A stretch of 64,000 nt of DNA from an uncultured Gammaproteobacteria bacterium (GCA_963714975.1 CAVQQD010000003.1:802453-866452); one strand, 5' to 3'. Counted from the first letter of the stretch, positions 19,386-29,216 are shown. The notes: generated by a model from the sequence alone, not told the origin. A program made the numbers and translations.

Positions 19386-20756
19386 ATGACATTAGACATC
19401 GTCCTATTTTCACGATTGCAATTCGCCTTCACTATAAGTTTTCATATATTATTTCCGGCTTTTAGTATTGGTTTATCCGTATTTATTGCCATTATAGAAG
19501 GAATATATCTTAAAACCAAAAATGATCAGTATCTCCAAATAGCTAAATTTTGGACCAAGGTATTTGCATTAACTTTTGGAATGGGGGTGGTATCGGGCAT
19601 TGTTATGGAATTTCAACTGGGTACGAATTGGTCAGGTTTTGTGCACTCAGTTGGCAGCGTTTTAGGGGCATTATTCACTTACGAGGTGATGACAGCTTTT
19701 TTTATTGAAGCAGGTTTTCTAGGCGTCATGCTATTTGGTTGGAATAAGGTGAGCCCGCGGTTGCATTATTTAGCCACCTTGCTAGTCACAGTGGGCACTA
19801 CGCTATCTGCTTATTGGATTATGTCAGCCAACACCTGGATGCAGCATCCAGTCGGCTATGAGATTGTGAATAATATTTTCGAATTGCGCAGCTGGTCTGA
19901 GGTAGTATTAAACCCCTTTAATTGGCCGCGATTCATCCACATGTTATTGGCATCTTATATATCAGCTGGCTTTGTTATTTGCAGTGTGTCTGGCTTTTAT
20001 TTATTGCAAAAAAGGCATATCGAATTTTCACAAAAATGTTTAAGTTTTACCTGGATTGGACTTTGTTTCTTAGTGCCATTGCAGATTTTTGTGGGCGATA
20101 TCAATGGTCTATTTATAGTAAAATATCAACCGATCAAAACGGCCGCCATGGAAGGATTGTGGGAAACGACAGAGGGCGCGCCGTTTTTAATTTTTGCTAT
20201 TCCTGATCAAAAGCACCAGACTAATCATATGGAATTGAAAATACCCTATGCGGCATCATTTATTAATACTCATCATTGGAATGGAAAATTGCTGGGCTTA
20301 AAATCTGTCTCGAAAGACGAGCAACCTCAGGTGGGGCAAGTATTTTATAGCTTCAGAATCATGGTTTATTTAGGCGTGCTGATGTTAATCCTGTCAGTAA
20401 TCTCTTTATACTTGCGCTATAAAAAACGGTTATTTGATAGTAAATGGTTTTTAAAAATTAATGTATTTAGCGCGCCTGCGGGATTTATTGCTTTGTGGTG
20501 TGGCTGGATCACTGCAGAAGCAGGCAGGCAACCCTGGATTGTCTATAACTTGATCAAAACGGCGGAAGCGGTGTCGAACGTGGCTTTGCATGATGTAATT
20601 ACTTCATTCGTCTTAATAATAATTGTCTATGGCATCATTTTTGGATTTTTTTATTTTTACTTCTTACATCAGATGCTTAAAAAAGGACCTGTGGTATCAG
20701 AGCCGATTCGGCAACCATTTGAGTATATGTATATTCCAAACCAGGAGAAAAACTAA
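19386..20756 (+). CDS. cydA: Cytochrome bd ubiquinol oxidase subunit I
   Basis: SRLQFAFTISFHILFP, GTNWS, YEVMTAFFIEAGF, QPIKTAAMEG, AEAGRQPW. Confidence 0.96.
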   Translation: MTLDIVLFSRLQFAFTISFHILFPAFSIGLSVFIAIIEGIYLKTKNDQYLQIAKFWTKVFALTFGMGVVSGIVMEFQLGTNWSGFVHSVGSVLGALFTYEVMTAFFIEAGFLGVMLFGWNKVSPRLHYLATLLVTVGTTLSAYWIMSANTWMQHPVGYEIVNNIFELRSWSEVVLNPFNWPRFIHMLLASYISAGFVICSVSGFYLLQKRHIEFSQKCLSFTWIGLCFLVPLQIFVGDINGLFIVKYQPIKTAAMEGLWETTEGAPFLIFAIPDQKHQTNHMELKIPYAASFINTHHWNGKLLGLKSVSKDEQPQVGQVFYSFRIMVYLGVLMLILSVISLYLRYKKRLFDSKWFLKINVFSAPAGFIALWCGWITAEAGRQPWIVYNLIKTAEAVSNVALHDVITSFVLIIIVYGIIFGFFYFYFLHQMLKKGPVVSEPIRQPFEYMYIPNQEKN

Positions 20757-20757
20757 T

Positions 20758-21756
20758 ATGCATTGGCTAGCTTCAATATGGGTGGTGATTATTGCCTTTG
20801 GAGTTATTATGTATGTCATTCTCGATGGTTTTGACCTGGGCATCGGCATCCTCTCGATTTTTTTTAAAGACGAGCATGAAAGAGATCTTATGATCAGCAC
20901 CATTTTACCAGTATGGGATGGCAATGGGACCTGGCTGGTTTTTGGTGGGGCTGCACTCTATGGCGCTTTTCCCTTAGCTTTTAGCGTAATCTTACCGGCC
21001 ATTTACATGCCGATTTTAATTATGGTGCTGTCTTTACTATTCAGAGGCGTAGCGCTTGAATTTCGCTTTAAAGCAATTAAAAGTAAAGTTTTCTGGGACA
21101 TGTGTTTTTTTTCGGGTTCCATGGTCGCTACGATTAGTCAGGGTTTGATATTGGGGACATTTGTGAGGGGTTTTTCACTGATCCCTGAGCAAACAGTGCT
21201 TGGCTATGAACAGTGGATCAATCCCTTTGGTATCGCTTGTGCCATTGCCCTGGTTTTTGGCTATGTTCTGCTGGGTTCAAACCGCTTGATCGGAAAAACG
21301 ACTGGAGCAATACAGCAAAAAACCTTTGCCATTTCCGCTAAAACACAATACATCATTATTTTTTCTGTCATTTTGGTCAGCCTCTGGTCCCCCTTCCTTG
21401 ATGCTGCTATCAGGTCTCGATGGTTTAACCCGCAGCATATGTTTTACCTTGCCCTGTTACCTTTCTTAGCTGCCTTATTCCTGTTTATGCACTGGCGTGC
21501 CATCAAGAAAAAACATGAGTATTTACCTTTTTGGTCTCTTATTGGAGTTTTTATTACCTGTTATATCGGATTCATTATTAGCAGCTATCCGTACATTGTA
21601 CCTAGACACATCACCTATATCGAAGCGGCTGCAAATGATACTACGTTAACCGTCATGATGATTGGTGCGGCGATCATGTTGCCCGCTTTGCTTTTCTATA
21701 CCTATTATTCATATCGGATTTTTCGTGGAAAAGTCACTGATAAATTGGGATATTAA
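20758..21756 (+). CDS. cydB: Cytochrome bd ubiquinol oxidase subunit II
   Basis: YVILDGFDLGIG, PVWDGNGTWLV, FRGVALEFR; start at MHWLAS just after the cydA stop. Confidence 0.95.
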   Translation: MHWLASIWVVIIAFGVIMYVILDGFDLGIGILSIFFKDEHERDLMISTILPVWDGNGTWLVFGGAALYGAFPLAFSVILPAIYMPILIMVLSLLFRGVALEFRFKAIKSKVFWDMCFFSGSMVATISQGLILGTFVRGFSLIPEQTVLGYEQWINPFGIACAIALVFGYVLLGSNRLIGKTTGAIQQKTFAISAKTQYIIIFSVILVSLWSPFLDAAIRSRWFNPQHMFYLALLPFLAALFLFMHWRAIKKKHEYLPFWSLIGVFITCYIGFIISSYPYIVPRHITYIEAAANDTTLTVMMIGAAIMLPALLFYTYYSYRIFRGKVTDKLGY

Positions 21757-21878
21757 TGTTACTGTTCATGAAACGTAAAAATTATTTATTGTGGTTTATT
21801 GGCTTGTACTTAGGATCTTTATTGGCCTTTGGTGTTTTAATGGGCATTTTAAAATTAGTCCTATTAGCAATCAGTTAA
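21756..21878 (+). CDS. Small membrane protein after cydB (DUF2474-like)
   Basis: TAATG overlap with cydB; MLLFMKRKNYLLWFIGLYLGSLLAFGVLMGILKLVLLAIS. Below the ORF track cutoff. Confidence 0.65.
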   Translation: MLLFMKRKNYLLWFIGLYLGSLLAFGVLMGILKLVLLAIS

Positions 21879-21883
21879 GAATT

Positions 21884-22750
21884 TCAGTAGCCCCTACTAC
21901 CCCTGCTCATGGTTAATGGCAGATTTTGCTGAGCTTCGTCTTGGAAATCGCAAAGGAATTTTTTATGTTGCCAAAAACCACCAGCCGCAAAGACAAGACC
22001 AAGCGTAATTAATCCACATGCAATAGCAACACCAAGTTGAAGATGAGGCAACACAGTTGAAGTCATACTCCATTCACGTTGATCACACAGGGTAGGTACA
22101 AGCACCGTGACCCCTCCAACAATTAACTGTATAGATACGACCATAGACAGAAAACATAAGACTTGCCGACGGTCATAATCTCTTTCGCTTGCAAAGCTAT
22201 AGATGAGCCCATTATATTTGGGCAATGCTTTTTTAAGGGGTTTAATATCCGTATTAATAAATGTTAAAAGGTAAAAAAACTTATCATCATCTTTAGGTTG
22301 AACAAACTTAAGATCAGTTACTTGTGCACTTTCGAAATCTGAATCAATAAAAATACTTGGATTATTAAAGGTGCAATTTTTTAAATTAGAGTACTTAAAT
22401 TTTGCACAAAATAGAGATACAGTTTGGGGTAGCCTTATTGTGGCATTTTCTAAGTTTGCCTGCGAAAAATTTGCAACTATTTTACTGTCCCCATAACGAA
22501 AGGAAAAGCTTATATCGCAGCCACTTAAATCAGAGCCAGAAAAATCAAAACGAGGAAGAAGATTTTCGTGTTCGTTTTCAAAGGTTTTATATGGATATTT
22601 ACGGATACCTCGGCCCGTTTTCTTATAGAAGCGGAGTATGTAGTTGCTACTAGGCCAAGATTGATATTCAAAGCAAATATCGTATTGTTTCAGATTTAAA
22701 TTCGCAAAATTAAAAGTAAATTCATTTCTAGCCTTCTTATAATCTTTCAT
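21884..22750 (-). CDS. Pentapeptide-repeat protein with C-terminal TM helices
   Basis: FDFSGSDLSGCDIS, ANFSQANLENATI, AKFKYSNLKNCTF; two hydrophobic segments. Confidence 0.75.
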   Translation of the reverse strand: MKDYKKARNEFTFNFANLNLKQYDICFEYQSWPSSNYILRFYKKTGRGIRKYPYKTFENEHENLLPRFDFSGSDLSGCDISFSFRYGDSKIVANFSQANLENATIRLPQTVSLFCAKFKYSNLKNCTFNNPSIFIDSDFESAQVTDLKFVQPKDDDKFFYLLTFINTDIKPLKKALPKYNGLIYSFASERDYDRRQVLCFLSMVVSIQLIVGGVTVLVPTLCDQREWSMTSTVLPHLQLGVAIACGLITLGLVFAAGGFWQHKKFLCDFQDEAQQNLPLTMSRGSRGY

Positions 22751-22932
22751 GACCTTATCAAAATATTGGTCTGTAGGTGCAGCAGGGAGGGGGGAAGCTC
22801 AATATATTCGATTAGTATATTTTTGATAAGATCTTGAATCAATATAGGGCCTAGAGTCTTTTCAAGCTCAGAAACTATACCCTCTTTTGGAGTCCAAACG
22901 GATTTTTCTTTTTCATTACCTTTGGTTATCAT
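22747..22932 (-). CDS. Short ORF, possibly the frameshifted N-terminus of the pentapeptide protein
   Basis: ATGA overlap with the downstream ORF; one extra C in the C6 tract would fuse the two. Confidence 0.45.
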   Translation of the reverse strand: MITKGNEKEKSVWTPKEGIVSELEKTLGPILIQDLIKNILIEYIELPPSLLHLQTNILIRS

Positions 22933-23056
22933 AGCTATCTTACAAGTCTTGCGCGCGAGGCATAGGCTTGTGGGATTATACTAGCTTGTTTAGGACTTTA
23001 CAACCCCATGGCATTGGTCTTGGTCGTGGGGATTGGTATAGTTTGTGTTATGCATG

Positions 23057-24052
23057 CTATGCAGAAATTAATCCCACCGCTTGGAAAACTTGTTTCACCA
23101 TTTTATTGGCTCGTTCATTGGCGGCAATAGCCCCCTGTTGAAGAATAGTATGCAAAATCATTTCATCAGCGCGTAATTCGTGGTATTGGCGTTGGATCGG
23201 TTCTAATAGGCTAATCAACTGCTCCGCTAAATCACCTTTAAATTTTCCGTAGCCGCTGCCTTGATAAGTTTGTTCTAATTCTGCAATGCTTTTTCCAGAA
23301 GTGGCGGAGAATAAACTGAGTAAATTGGATATGCCTGGTTTATTCGCACTATCAAAACGCACTTCGTTACCTGAGTCGGTCACTGAACGTTTCAGTTTGT
23401 TGCGAATCAGGTCGGGCGGGTCGAGTAGGGCCAAGTAATTATGTTCATTAGGGTCTGATTTGGACATCTTTTGTTGTGGTTCTTGCAAGCTCATGATTCG
23501 TGCCCCTTGCTCTAAAATGTAGGGGGTGGGGATGGTGAAAATTTCCCCGTAATAATGGTTAAAGCGCATCGCAAGGTCACGGGTTAACTCTAAATGTTGT
23601 TTTTGATCTTCGCCGACCGGCACTTGATCTGCGTTGTAGATTAAAATGTCGGCTGCCATCAAAATGGGGTAGCTAAATAAGCCACAATTGATATTGCTGG
23701 CATAGCGTTGGGATTTATCCTTGAATTGGGTCATACGATTGAGCTCACCCATATGAGTAAAGCAATTCAAAATCCAAGCTAATTGGGTGTGGCCAGGGAC
23801 ATGGGATTGGGCAAACAGGGTATTTTTGTGTGGATCAATGCCGCAAGCGATATAAAGCGCGAGCATGTCATAGCAACGGCTGCTTAACGCTTTGGGGTCT
23901 TGTTTCACGGTTAAGGTGTGCAGATCAGCTAACATGAATAGGCAATCGTATTCTGTTTGCAGCTGGGCCCAGTTTTGAATGGCGCCAAGATAGTGCCCAA
24001 TCGTCAGGTGTCCTGAGGGCTGGATGCCACTTAGTACGATTTTTTTTGCCAT
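23057..24052 (-). CDS. trpS: Tryptophanyl-tRNA synthetase
   Basis: SGIQPSG, TIGH, VPVGEDQKQHLE, KMSKS. Confidence 0.97.
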   Translation of the reverse strand: MAKKIVLSGIQPSGHLTIGHYLGAIQNWAQLQTEYDCLFMLADLHTLTVKQDPKALSSRCYDMLALYIACGIDPHKNTLFAQSHVPGHTQLAWILNCFTHMGELNRMTQFKDKSQRYASNINCGLFSYPILMAADILIYNADQVPVGEDQKQHLELTRDLAMRFNHYYGEIFTIPTPYILEQGARIMSLQEPQQKMSKSDPNEHNYLALLDPPDLIRNKLKRSVTDSGNEVRFDSANKPGISNLLSLFSATSGKSIAELEQTYQGSGYGKFKGDLAEQLISLLEPIQRQYHELRADEMILHTILQQGAIAANERANKMVKQVFQAVGLISA

Positions 24053-24245
24053 TTATCCCTGCCTTAATATAAAGCTTCGTAGTATACGCATTGTCGTTAG
24101 GGTGTCAAAACTATTTGCTAATGTGGGTTATCTTAACGTTATCTTAAAAATTTGTTTAAAAACTAATGCAAGCATGGTAAACTAGCTCCGCTTCTGAAGC
24201 CTCGGGAGTTTTAGGGACGACGTCCCTTAATTAGCAATAACTAAT

Positions 24246-24695
24246 ATGGAGATTTTTCAGATGGTAAAAATTAATTTTGGTAGGATCCTTAAAGGTGCCT
24301 TGATTGTTTCTGGTGTGGCTTTATGCTGCAATGTTCAAGTGGCTAGCGCCGACATGATGTCAAGTGACCAAAAAGCAGCTTTGATGCAAGAAGCCCAGCA
24401 GAAATGGGATAGCTTATCGGACGAACAGAAGCAAGTCATCAGGCAGCGGTTAGTTGAAAGATGGAAAAATATGTCACCCGAGCAAAAAACAGCTATGAAA
24501 GAGCGGCTGCGTAATGTGTGGGAGAATATGACCCCTGAAGAACGTAAAACCGTACGTGAAAAAATGCACGCCAAATACGAGAGTCTAACCCCTGAAGAAA
24601 AGCAGAAAGTTGATGAGAAGTTCAAAGCCGAGTGGGATGCATTATCACCTGCTGAGCGTGAAAAAGTGTTAGCAATGGAAGGCAACAAGCAGTAA
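24246..24695 (+). CDS. Secreted helical-repeat protein
   Basis: Signal peptide, then five W/Y-x-x-L/M-S/T-P/D-x-E/Q-K/R repeats. Confidence 0.75.
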   Translation: MEIFQMVKINFGRILKGALIVSGVALCCNVQVASADMMSSDQKAALMQEAQQKWDSLSDEQKQVIRQRLVERWKNMSPEQKTAMKERLRNVWENMTPEERKTVREKMHAKYESLTPEEKQKVDEKFKAEWDALSPAEREKVLAMEGNKQ

Positions 24696-24697
24696 TA

Positions 24698-24827
24698 AAG
24701 GAGGATGATATGCACATGAAACTTGTGTCATCCCGAGCAACGGCGAGGGATTCTCTTGCAACTGGCATGGAGATTCCTCGTCACAAGCTCCTCGGGATGA
24801 CGGATATGTGTCATGTGCATATTCCTT
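24698..24827. repeat. GTCATCCCGAG doublet inside an outer hairpin
   Basis: Inner 24727-24801 is near-identical to the reverse complement of 58311-58385. Outer arms atatgcacatga (24708-24719) and tcatgtgcatat (24811-24822). Confidence 0.85.
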
Positions 24828-24921
24828 AATGTTGACCTAACAAGAATAATATGTAATTCTGTGCGCTTGGATATGGCTTATAAGTAAGGAATTGTAAATT
24901 ATTATAATATTGAGGTGAATT

Positions 24922-25065
24922 ATGAGTGTGAAGATAGTAGCTGTTGTAGCAGCCAGTGCTTTATTTGTAACCAGTGCTTTTGCCTGTCCTTTTCTGAGTA
25001 TATTTTCCAAAAAACCAGCTCCAAGTCCTGATAGGGAAGCTCAATATACTGCAGTTCAAAGTTAA
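24922..25065 (+). CDS. 47-aa putative secreted peptide
   Basis: RBS gaggt; MSVKIVAVVAASALFVTSAFA|CPFLSIFSKKPAPSPDREAQYTAVQS; a hairpin and T-run follow at ~25092-25128. Confidence 0.6.
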   Translation: MSVKIVAVVAASALFVTSAFACPFLSIFSKKPAPSPDREAQYTAVQS

Positions 25066-25167
25066 TTAAGTTAATTTATGAGGTGGGAATAAGGTAGTGT
25101 GCACATTGTACGCTACCCTATTTTTTTTAAATTAATGGTACGTTAATGAACATTTTTTGCCAGCCTC

Positions 25168-26946
25168 ATGACAGCGCCTAAAACCCTAACCAGTGCCTTC
25201 CATCTCTACAAACGTCTCTTGGCCGCAGTAAAGCCCTATATTTTGGTTTTTATTCTCGGCATTACTTGCACGGCTTCAGCTTCTGGAATTGATGCCGGTC
25301 TGGCTTGGCTGATTAAACCTATCATAGATAATGGTTTGACGGACCGGAATTCGCAATTTTTGCGGATACTGCCGTTGGCCATTGTGGGAATATTTCTGGT
25401 ACGGGGAATAGCCGTCTTTTTCTCGAGTTATTGTGTGGCTAAAGTGGGACGCAGTGTGGTCATGGATTTTAGACAAAAAATATTTACGCATATGCTGCAC
25501 TTACCGGCCAGCTTTTATGATCGGGAATCTTCAGGCCAGTTGCTTTCTCGCTTGATTTATAATGTGGAACAGGTGGCGGGAGCGACTACCAATGCCTTAC
25601 TGATCATTGTGCAAGAGTCGGTATTGGCCATTGGTTTAGTGGTAGTTATGTTCTTATTAAGCTGGCAATTGACGCTGTTATTTATGATTGTATTTCCGCT
25701 GATTGCCTGGTTTGTGCGTTATACTAGCCGTCGTTTGCGTAAGCTCAGCACGCATGTCCAAAAAACCATGGGTCAACTCTCCCATATTGCGGAAGAAAGC
25801 ATTGAAGGCTATCGAGTGATCCGCATTTTTGGTGGTGAGAGCTATGAGCAGCAAAAATTTACCGCGGCGACCCGAGATAATCGTCGGCGTGAAATGAAGA
25901 TCGTAGCCACTAATGCGATTGGTTCGGCTGTGACACAAATTATTATTTCATTTTCAATCGCCATGATTTTAGTCATCGCGACCTTACCTTCAATATCGGT
26001 TTCTGCCGGTAGTTTTGCGGCCTTAGTGGCTTCTATGTTTACTTTATTACGTCCCTTGCGGCGCATTAATCAAGTGAACAATCTTTTGCAGAAAGGTTTG
26101 GCCGGTGCGCAAAGTATTTTTGAGCTACTTGATGTGGTCCCAGAAAAAGATACTGGACCTTTAATTTTGACTCGTGCCAAGGGAAATATTGAGTATCGTC
26201 ACGTCAACTTTTCATATCCCTCTACCCAAAAGAAGGTTTTGAGCGATGTTTCTTTTCGTATTGAACCTGGTGAGACCATAGCTTTAGTAGGTAAATCGGG
26301 GAGTGGGAAGTCCACCTTGGTAAGCCTCCTGCCACGATTTTATGAATTACAGCAAGGCTATATTTTTCTAGATGGGCATGATATTCGCGAGTATCGCCTT
26401 GCTGATTTGCGCAATCAATTTGCCTTGGTGACCCAAAATATTACCTTATTTAATGACACCATTGCTCGTAACATTAGTTATGGGCGGCTCAGTCAGGCCA
26501 GTGAAGCTGATATTATTCGAGCAGCGGAAGCAGCCCATGCCATGGAGTTTATTCGAGAGTTCCCTGAAGGGCTTGATACCTTGATAGGCGAGAACGGCGT
26601 ATTGCTTTCTGGGGGCCAACGTCAGCGTATTGCCATTGCCAGGGCTATATTAAAAGAAGCGCCCATCTTAATTTTGGATGAGGCGACTTCAGCATTGGAT
26701 ACAGAGTCCGAACGTCATATCCAAATTGCTTTTGAAAGCTTAATACGCAATCGCACGACTCTGGTCATTGCTCATCGCTTATCGACTATAGAAAATGCTG
26801 ATCGGATTTTGGTGGTGGAGAAGGGTTGCATTATCGAAGCTGGCTCTCATGCCGAGCTATTGGTACAAAACGGGCATTATGCGCGATTACATGCTTTACA
26901 GTTTAAAGAGCCTGCCCAACATGTTGATTCTGAAGTTGTGGTATAA
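25168..26946 (+). CDS. msbA: Lipid A export ABC transporter MsbA
   Basis: TM domain, GKSGSGKS, LSGGQRQRIAIARA, DEATSALD; adjacent to lpxK. Confidence 0.95.
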   Translation: MTAPKTLTSAFHLYKRLLAAVKPYILVFILGITCTASASGIDAGLAWLIKPIIDNGLTDRNSQFLRILPLAIVGIFLVRGIAVFFSSYCVAKVGRSVVMDFRQKIFTHMLHLPASFYDRESSGQLLSRLIYNVEQVAGATTNALLIIVQESVLAIGLVVVMFLLSWQLTLLFMIVFPLIAWFVRYTSRRLRKLSTHVQKTMGQLSHIAEESIEGYRVIRIFGGESYEQQKFTAATRDNRRREMKIVATNAIGSAVTQIIISFSIAMILVIATLPSISVSAGSFAALVASMFTLLRPLRRINQVNNLLQKGLAGAQSIFELLDVVPEKDTGPLILTRAKGNIEYRHVNFSYPSTQKKVLSDVSFRIEPGETIALVGKSGSGKSTLVSLLPRFYELQQGYIFLDGHDIREYRLADLRNQFALVTQNITLFNDTIARNISYGRLSQASEADIIRAAEAAHAMEFIREFPEGLDTLIGENGVLLSGGQRQRIAIARAILKEAPILILDEATSALDTESERHIQIAFESLIRNRTTLVIAHRLSTIENADRILVVEKGCIIEAGSHAELLVQNGHYARLHALQFKEPAQHVDSEVVV

Positions 26947-27949
26947 CAAATCTGGATCCCACGGACAATCCCGCGATCAAGTCGTGGGAGCGGGACGATG
27001 GAGTCCCTGGTTATATAGCTTAATTCCTTTGTCTTTACTCTATCGCGGTGCGGTAGCGGCCAAACGTTGGTGTTATCGGTCAGGGTGGTGTAAAACCACT
27101 GAATTCTCTGTGCCAATAATTGTGATCGGCAATTTGACTGTTGGTGGCACGGGCAAAACTCCGATGCTGATTGCCTTAGCGCAATTTTTGCAAACACAAG
27201 GCTATCAGCCAGGGATTGTGAGTCGTGGCTATGGAGCTAAAACTAAGTGCTTTCCCTATGCAGTTTCTGCGCAATCAAATCCGCGAGAAGCAGGGGATGA
27301 GCCAGTGTTAATTGCGCGTCGCACTGGCTGTCCAGTAGTGATTGGGCCTAATCGAGTTGCAGCAGTGCAGGCATTACTCGCCACGAATTCCTGTGATGTT
27401 ATTTTAAGTGATGACGGTTTGCAGCACTATGCCCTGGGGCGCAGTCTGGAATTAGTGATGATTGATGGGGAACGTCGTTTTGGTAATGGCCTGTGTTTAC
27501 CTGCAGGACCGTTGCGTGAGCCAGTGCAGCGTTTAAATGAGGTTGATTTTATTATTTGCCAAGGCGGAAGTCCTGTGGAGAATGAGTGGCAGATGGATTT
27601 GCTACCAGGGGAATTATATAACTTGCGAGATCGAGGGCGGAAATTTTCTGCACCTGCGGTTACTCAGGTTCATGCGTTTGCTGGGATTGGTAACCCGGCG
27701 CGCTTTTTTCGTGAGCTGCGAAATAAGGGCTTTAGTGTGATCGAACATATTTTCCCGGATCATCATAATTATTTTCCAGGGGACATTGCTGTAGGCCCAG
27801 AAGAGATTGTGATTATGACGGAAAAAGATGCGGTAAAATGCCAAGCCTTTGCCCAAGATAATTATTGGTGCCTACCAGTCACAGCCCAATGTGATCAAAA
27901 GTTATGGGAGGCTGTATTGCAAAAACTGACCAAAATTAATAGGAATTAA
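26921..27949 (+). CDS. lpxK: Tetraacyldisaccharide 4'-kinase with an N-terminal palindrome-derived insertion
   Basis: VIGNLTVGGTGKTP, SRGYG, GDEP, DDGLQH, LPAGPLRE, MTEKDAVK; start at MLILKLWY. Confidence 0.95.
   Translation: MLILKLWYNKSGSHGQSRDQVVGAGRWSPWLYSLIPLSLLYRGAVAAKRWCYRSGWCKTTEFSVPIIVIGNLTVGGTGKTPMLIALAQFLQTQGYQPGIVSRGYGAKTKCFPYAVSAQSNPREAGDEPVLIARRTGCPVVIGPNRVAAVQALLATNSCDVILSDDGLQHYALGRSLELVMIDGERRFGNGLCLPAGPLREPVQRLNEVDFIICQGGSPVENEWQMDLLPGELYNLRDRGRKFSAPAVTQVHAFAGIGNPARFFRELRNKGFSVIEHIFPDHHNYFPGDIAVGPEEIVIMTEKDAVKCQAFAQDNYWCLPVTAQCDQKLWEAVLQKLTKINRN
26952..26999. repeat. Nested palindromic insertion in frame in lpxK
   Basis: ctggatcccacggacaa[tcccgcgatcaagtcgtggga]gcgggacgat. 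Confidence 0.75.
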
Positions 27950-27952
27950 TAT

Positions 27953-28444
27953 ATGGACATTGATACTAACGTACACAATAAAAGTTATGGATTATTTTAT
28001 CTTAAAACTGGAATATTATTTTTTTGGGGCCTATGGTTTGGAATTGTTTTTCTAAGCAATTTGATTGATTTGTTAAATGTTCATTATGGAGTAATGATTA
28101 ATTTTAAATTTGATTCGGGTAATTACCAGGCAGTAGAAAAAGTGATATCAATATATAACACCCCGAACTATATTTTAACTTTATTGTTTCATTTTAATAT
28201 TATTATCCAAGGTGTTACAGCATTTTTATTTTTAATTGCGGCTGTTAGCTTCTACAGATTAAAACCATATTCTTGGAAATTTGTAAATTTAGCGTTTGCA
28301 ATTAGTATTGCATTATGGGGAGTTTTCATGATTATGGAAGAAGTTTTTATCGCATATCAATTTGAACCAACTCATATGCGCTTAGGCATGTTTGAAATGA
28401 TTTCTTTATTAATGTTTCACTTATTACAATTGGAGAGACCATAA
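27953..28444 (+). CDS. Hypothetical 4-TM membrane protein
   Basis: 163-aa hydrophobic ORF starting 3 nt after lpxK. Confidence 0.75.
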   Translation: MDIDTNVHNKSYGLFYLKTGILFFWGLWFGIVFLSNLIDLLNVHYGVMINFKFDSGNYQAVEKVISIYNTPNYILTLLFHFNIIIQGVTAFLFLIAAVSFYRLKPYSWKFVNLAFAISIALWGVFMIMEEVFIAYQFEPTHMRLGMFEMISLLMFHLLQLERP

Positions 28445-28781
28445 CAGACCACCCTTCTATGTGACCGTCATTTGATTTTTGCAGGTGGGGGAGAGGAGGT
28501 GCTTTGCACCAGTGGTCTGAGAAGGTTCCTCGTTATGAGTTACATAACGCATAGCAACTTTATACATTAAAAATAGGAGTAATGCCGCGATATAAGGTGT
28601 AAAAGGACTATTAAGCGCTTCTCCAAAGGAAGAAGCCTTCCAAGGCTGGGCAGGTGCAAGAGCATCAGCACTACCGCCCTATGCAATAAAAAAATATGAA
28701 AGTAAAGGTAAGCTATCAGATGGCGCGGAAGAAATCCCTTCTCTCACAGCACTTTGCTGTAAGAGAAGGGATTCTGGCGCG

Positions 28782-29216
28782 CTAGGTAGTTTGTTTATTA
28801 AAAGTGTCTGATCCGATGGTGTTCGCATCCCAATTAGCTTGTACAGGATCATCTGCTTTTCTAGCTACTAACCAAATCGTTTTTAATTCGTCATTATTTC
28901 GGTTGAAATTACCCGTCATTGCGACCACACTATTGCAAGCAGGATAATTGACAATCAGTGCGATAGCGTTGCCATTGTAATAACCTGTTACTGGAACTGG
29001 CTGCCCAATCGCAGCTTTGCAATTTCCCACTGCGGTGATGAAGCTACCGGTTAAACTGCCTGCATTTGCTTGCTCGCTATTCCAAGTCAAAGTTAGGGTG
29101 GAACCACGCTGATTTTTGTAGGTGATTGAATTGCTGGGTGCGGCGCTAATTGCCGTGCTGCCCATCACTAAGCAGCTCACCATGCTGATGACTATTTTGG
29201 TTCTGATTTTTTTCAT
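28782..29216 (-). CDS. Avidin/streptavidin-family secreted protein
   Basis: Signal peptide; YKNQRGSTL, GSLTGSFITAVG, SVVAMTG, LKTIWLV, WDANTIGSDTFNK. Confidence 0.85.
   Translation of the reverse strand: MKKIRTKIVISMVSCLVMGSTAISAAPSNSITYKNQRGSTLTLTWNSEQANAGSLTGSFITAVGNCKAAIGQPVPVTGYYNGNAIALIVNYPACNSVVAMTGNFNRNNDELKTIWLVARKADDPVQANWDANTIGSDTFNKQTT

Noticed and set aside
26795-26920. Extended N-termini in the ORF track for lpxK (also cydB, kdpB, SET, avidin)
   Set aside because: They overlap upstream genes or hairpins; downstream ATGs fit the family starts and RBSs better.
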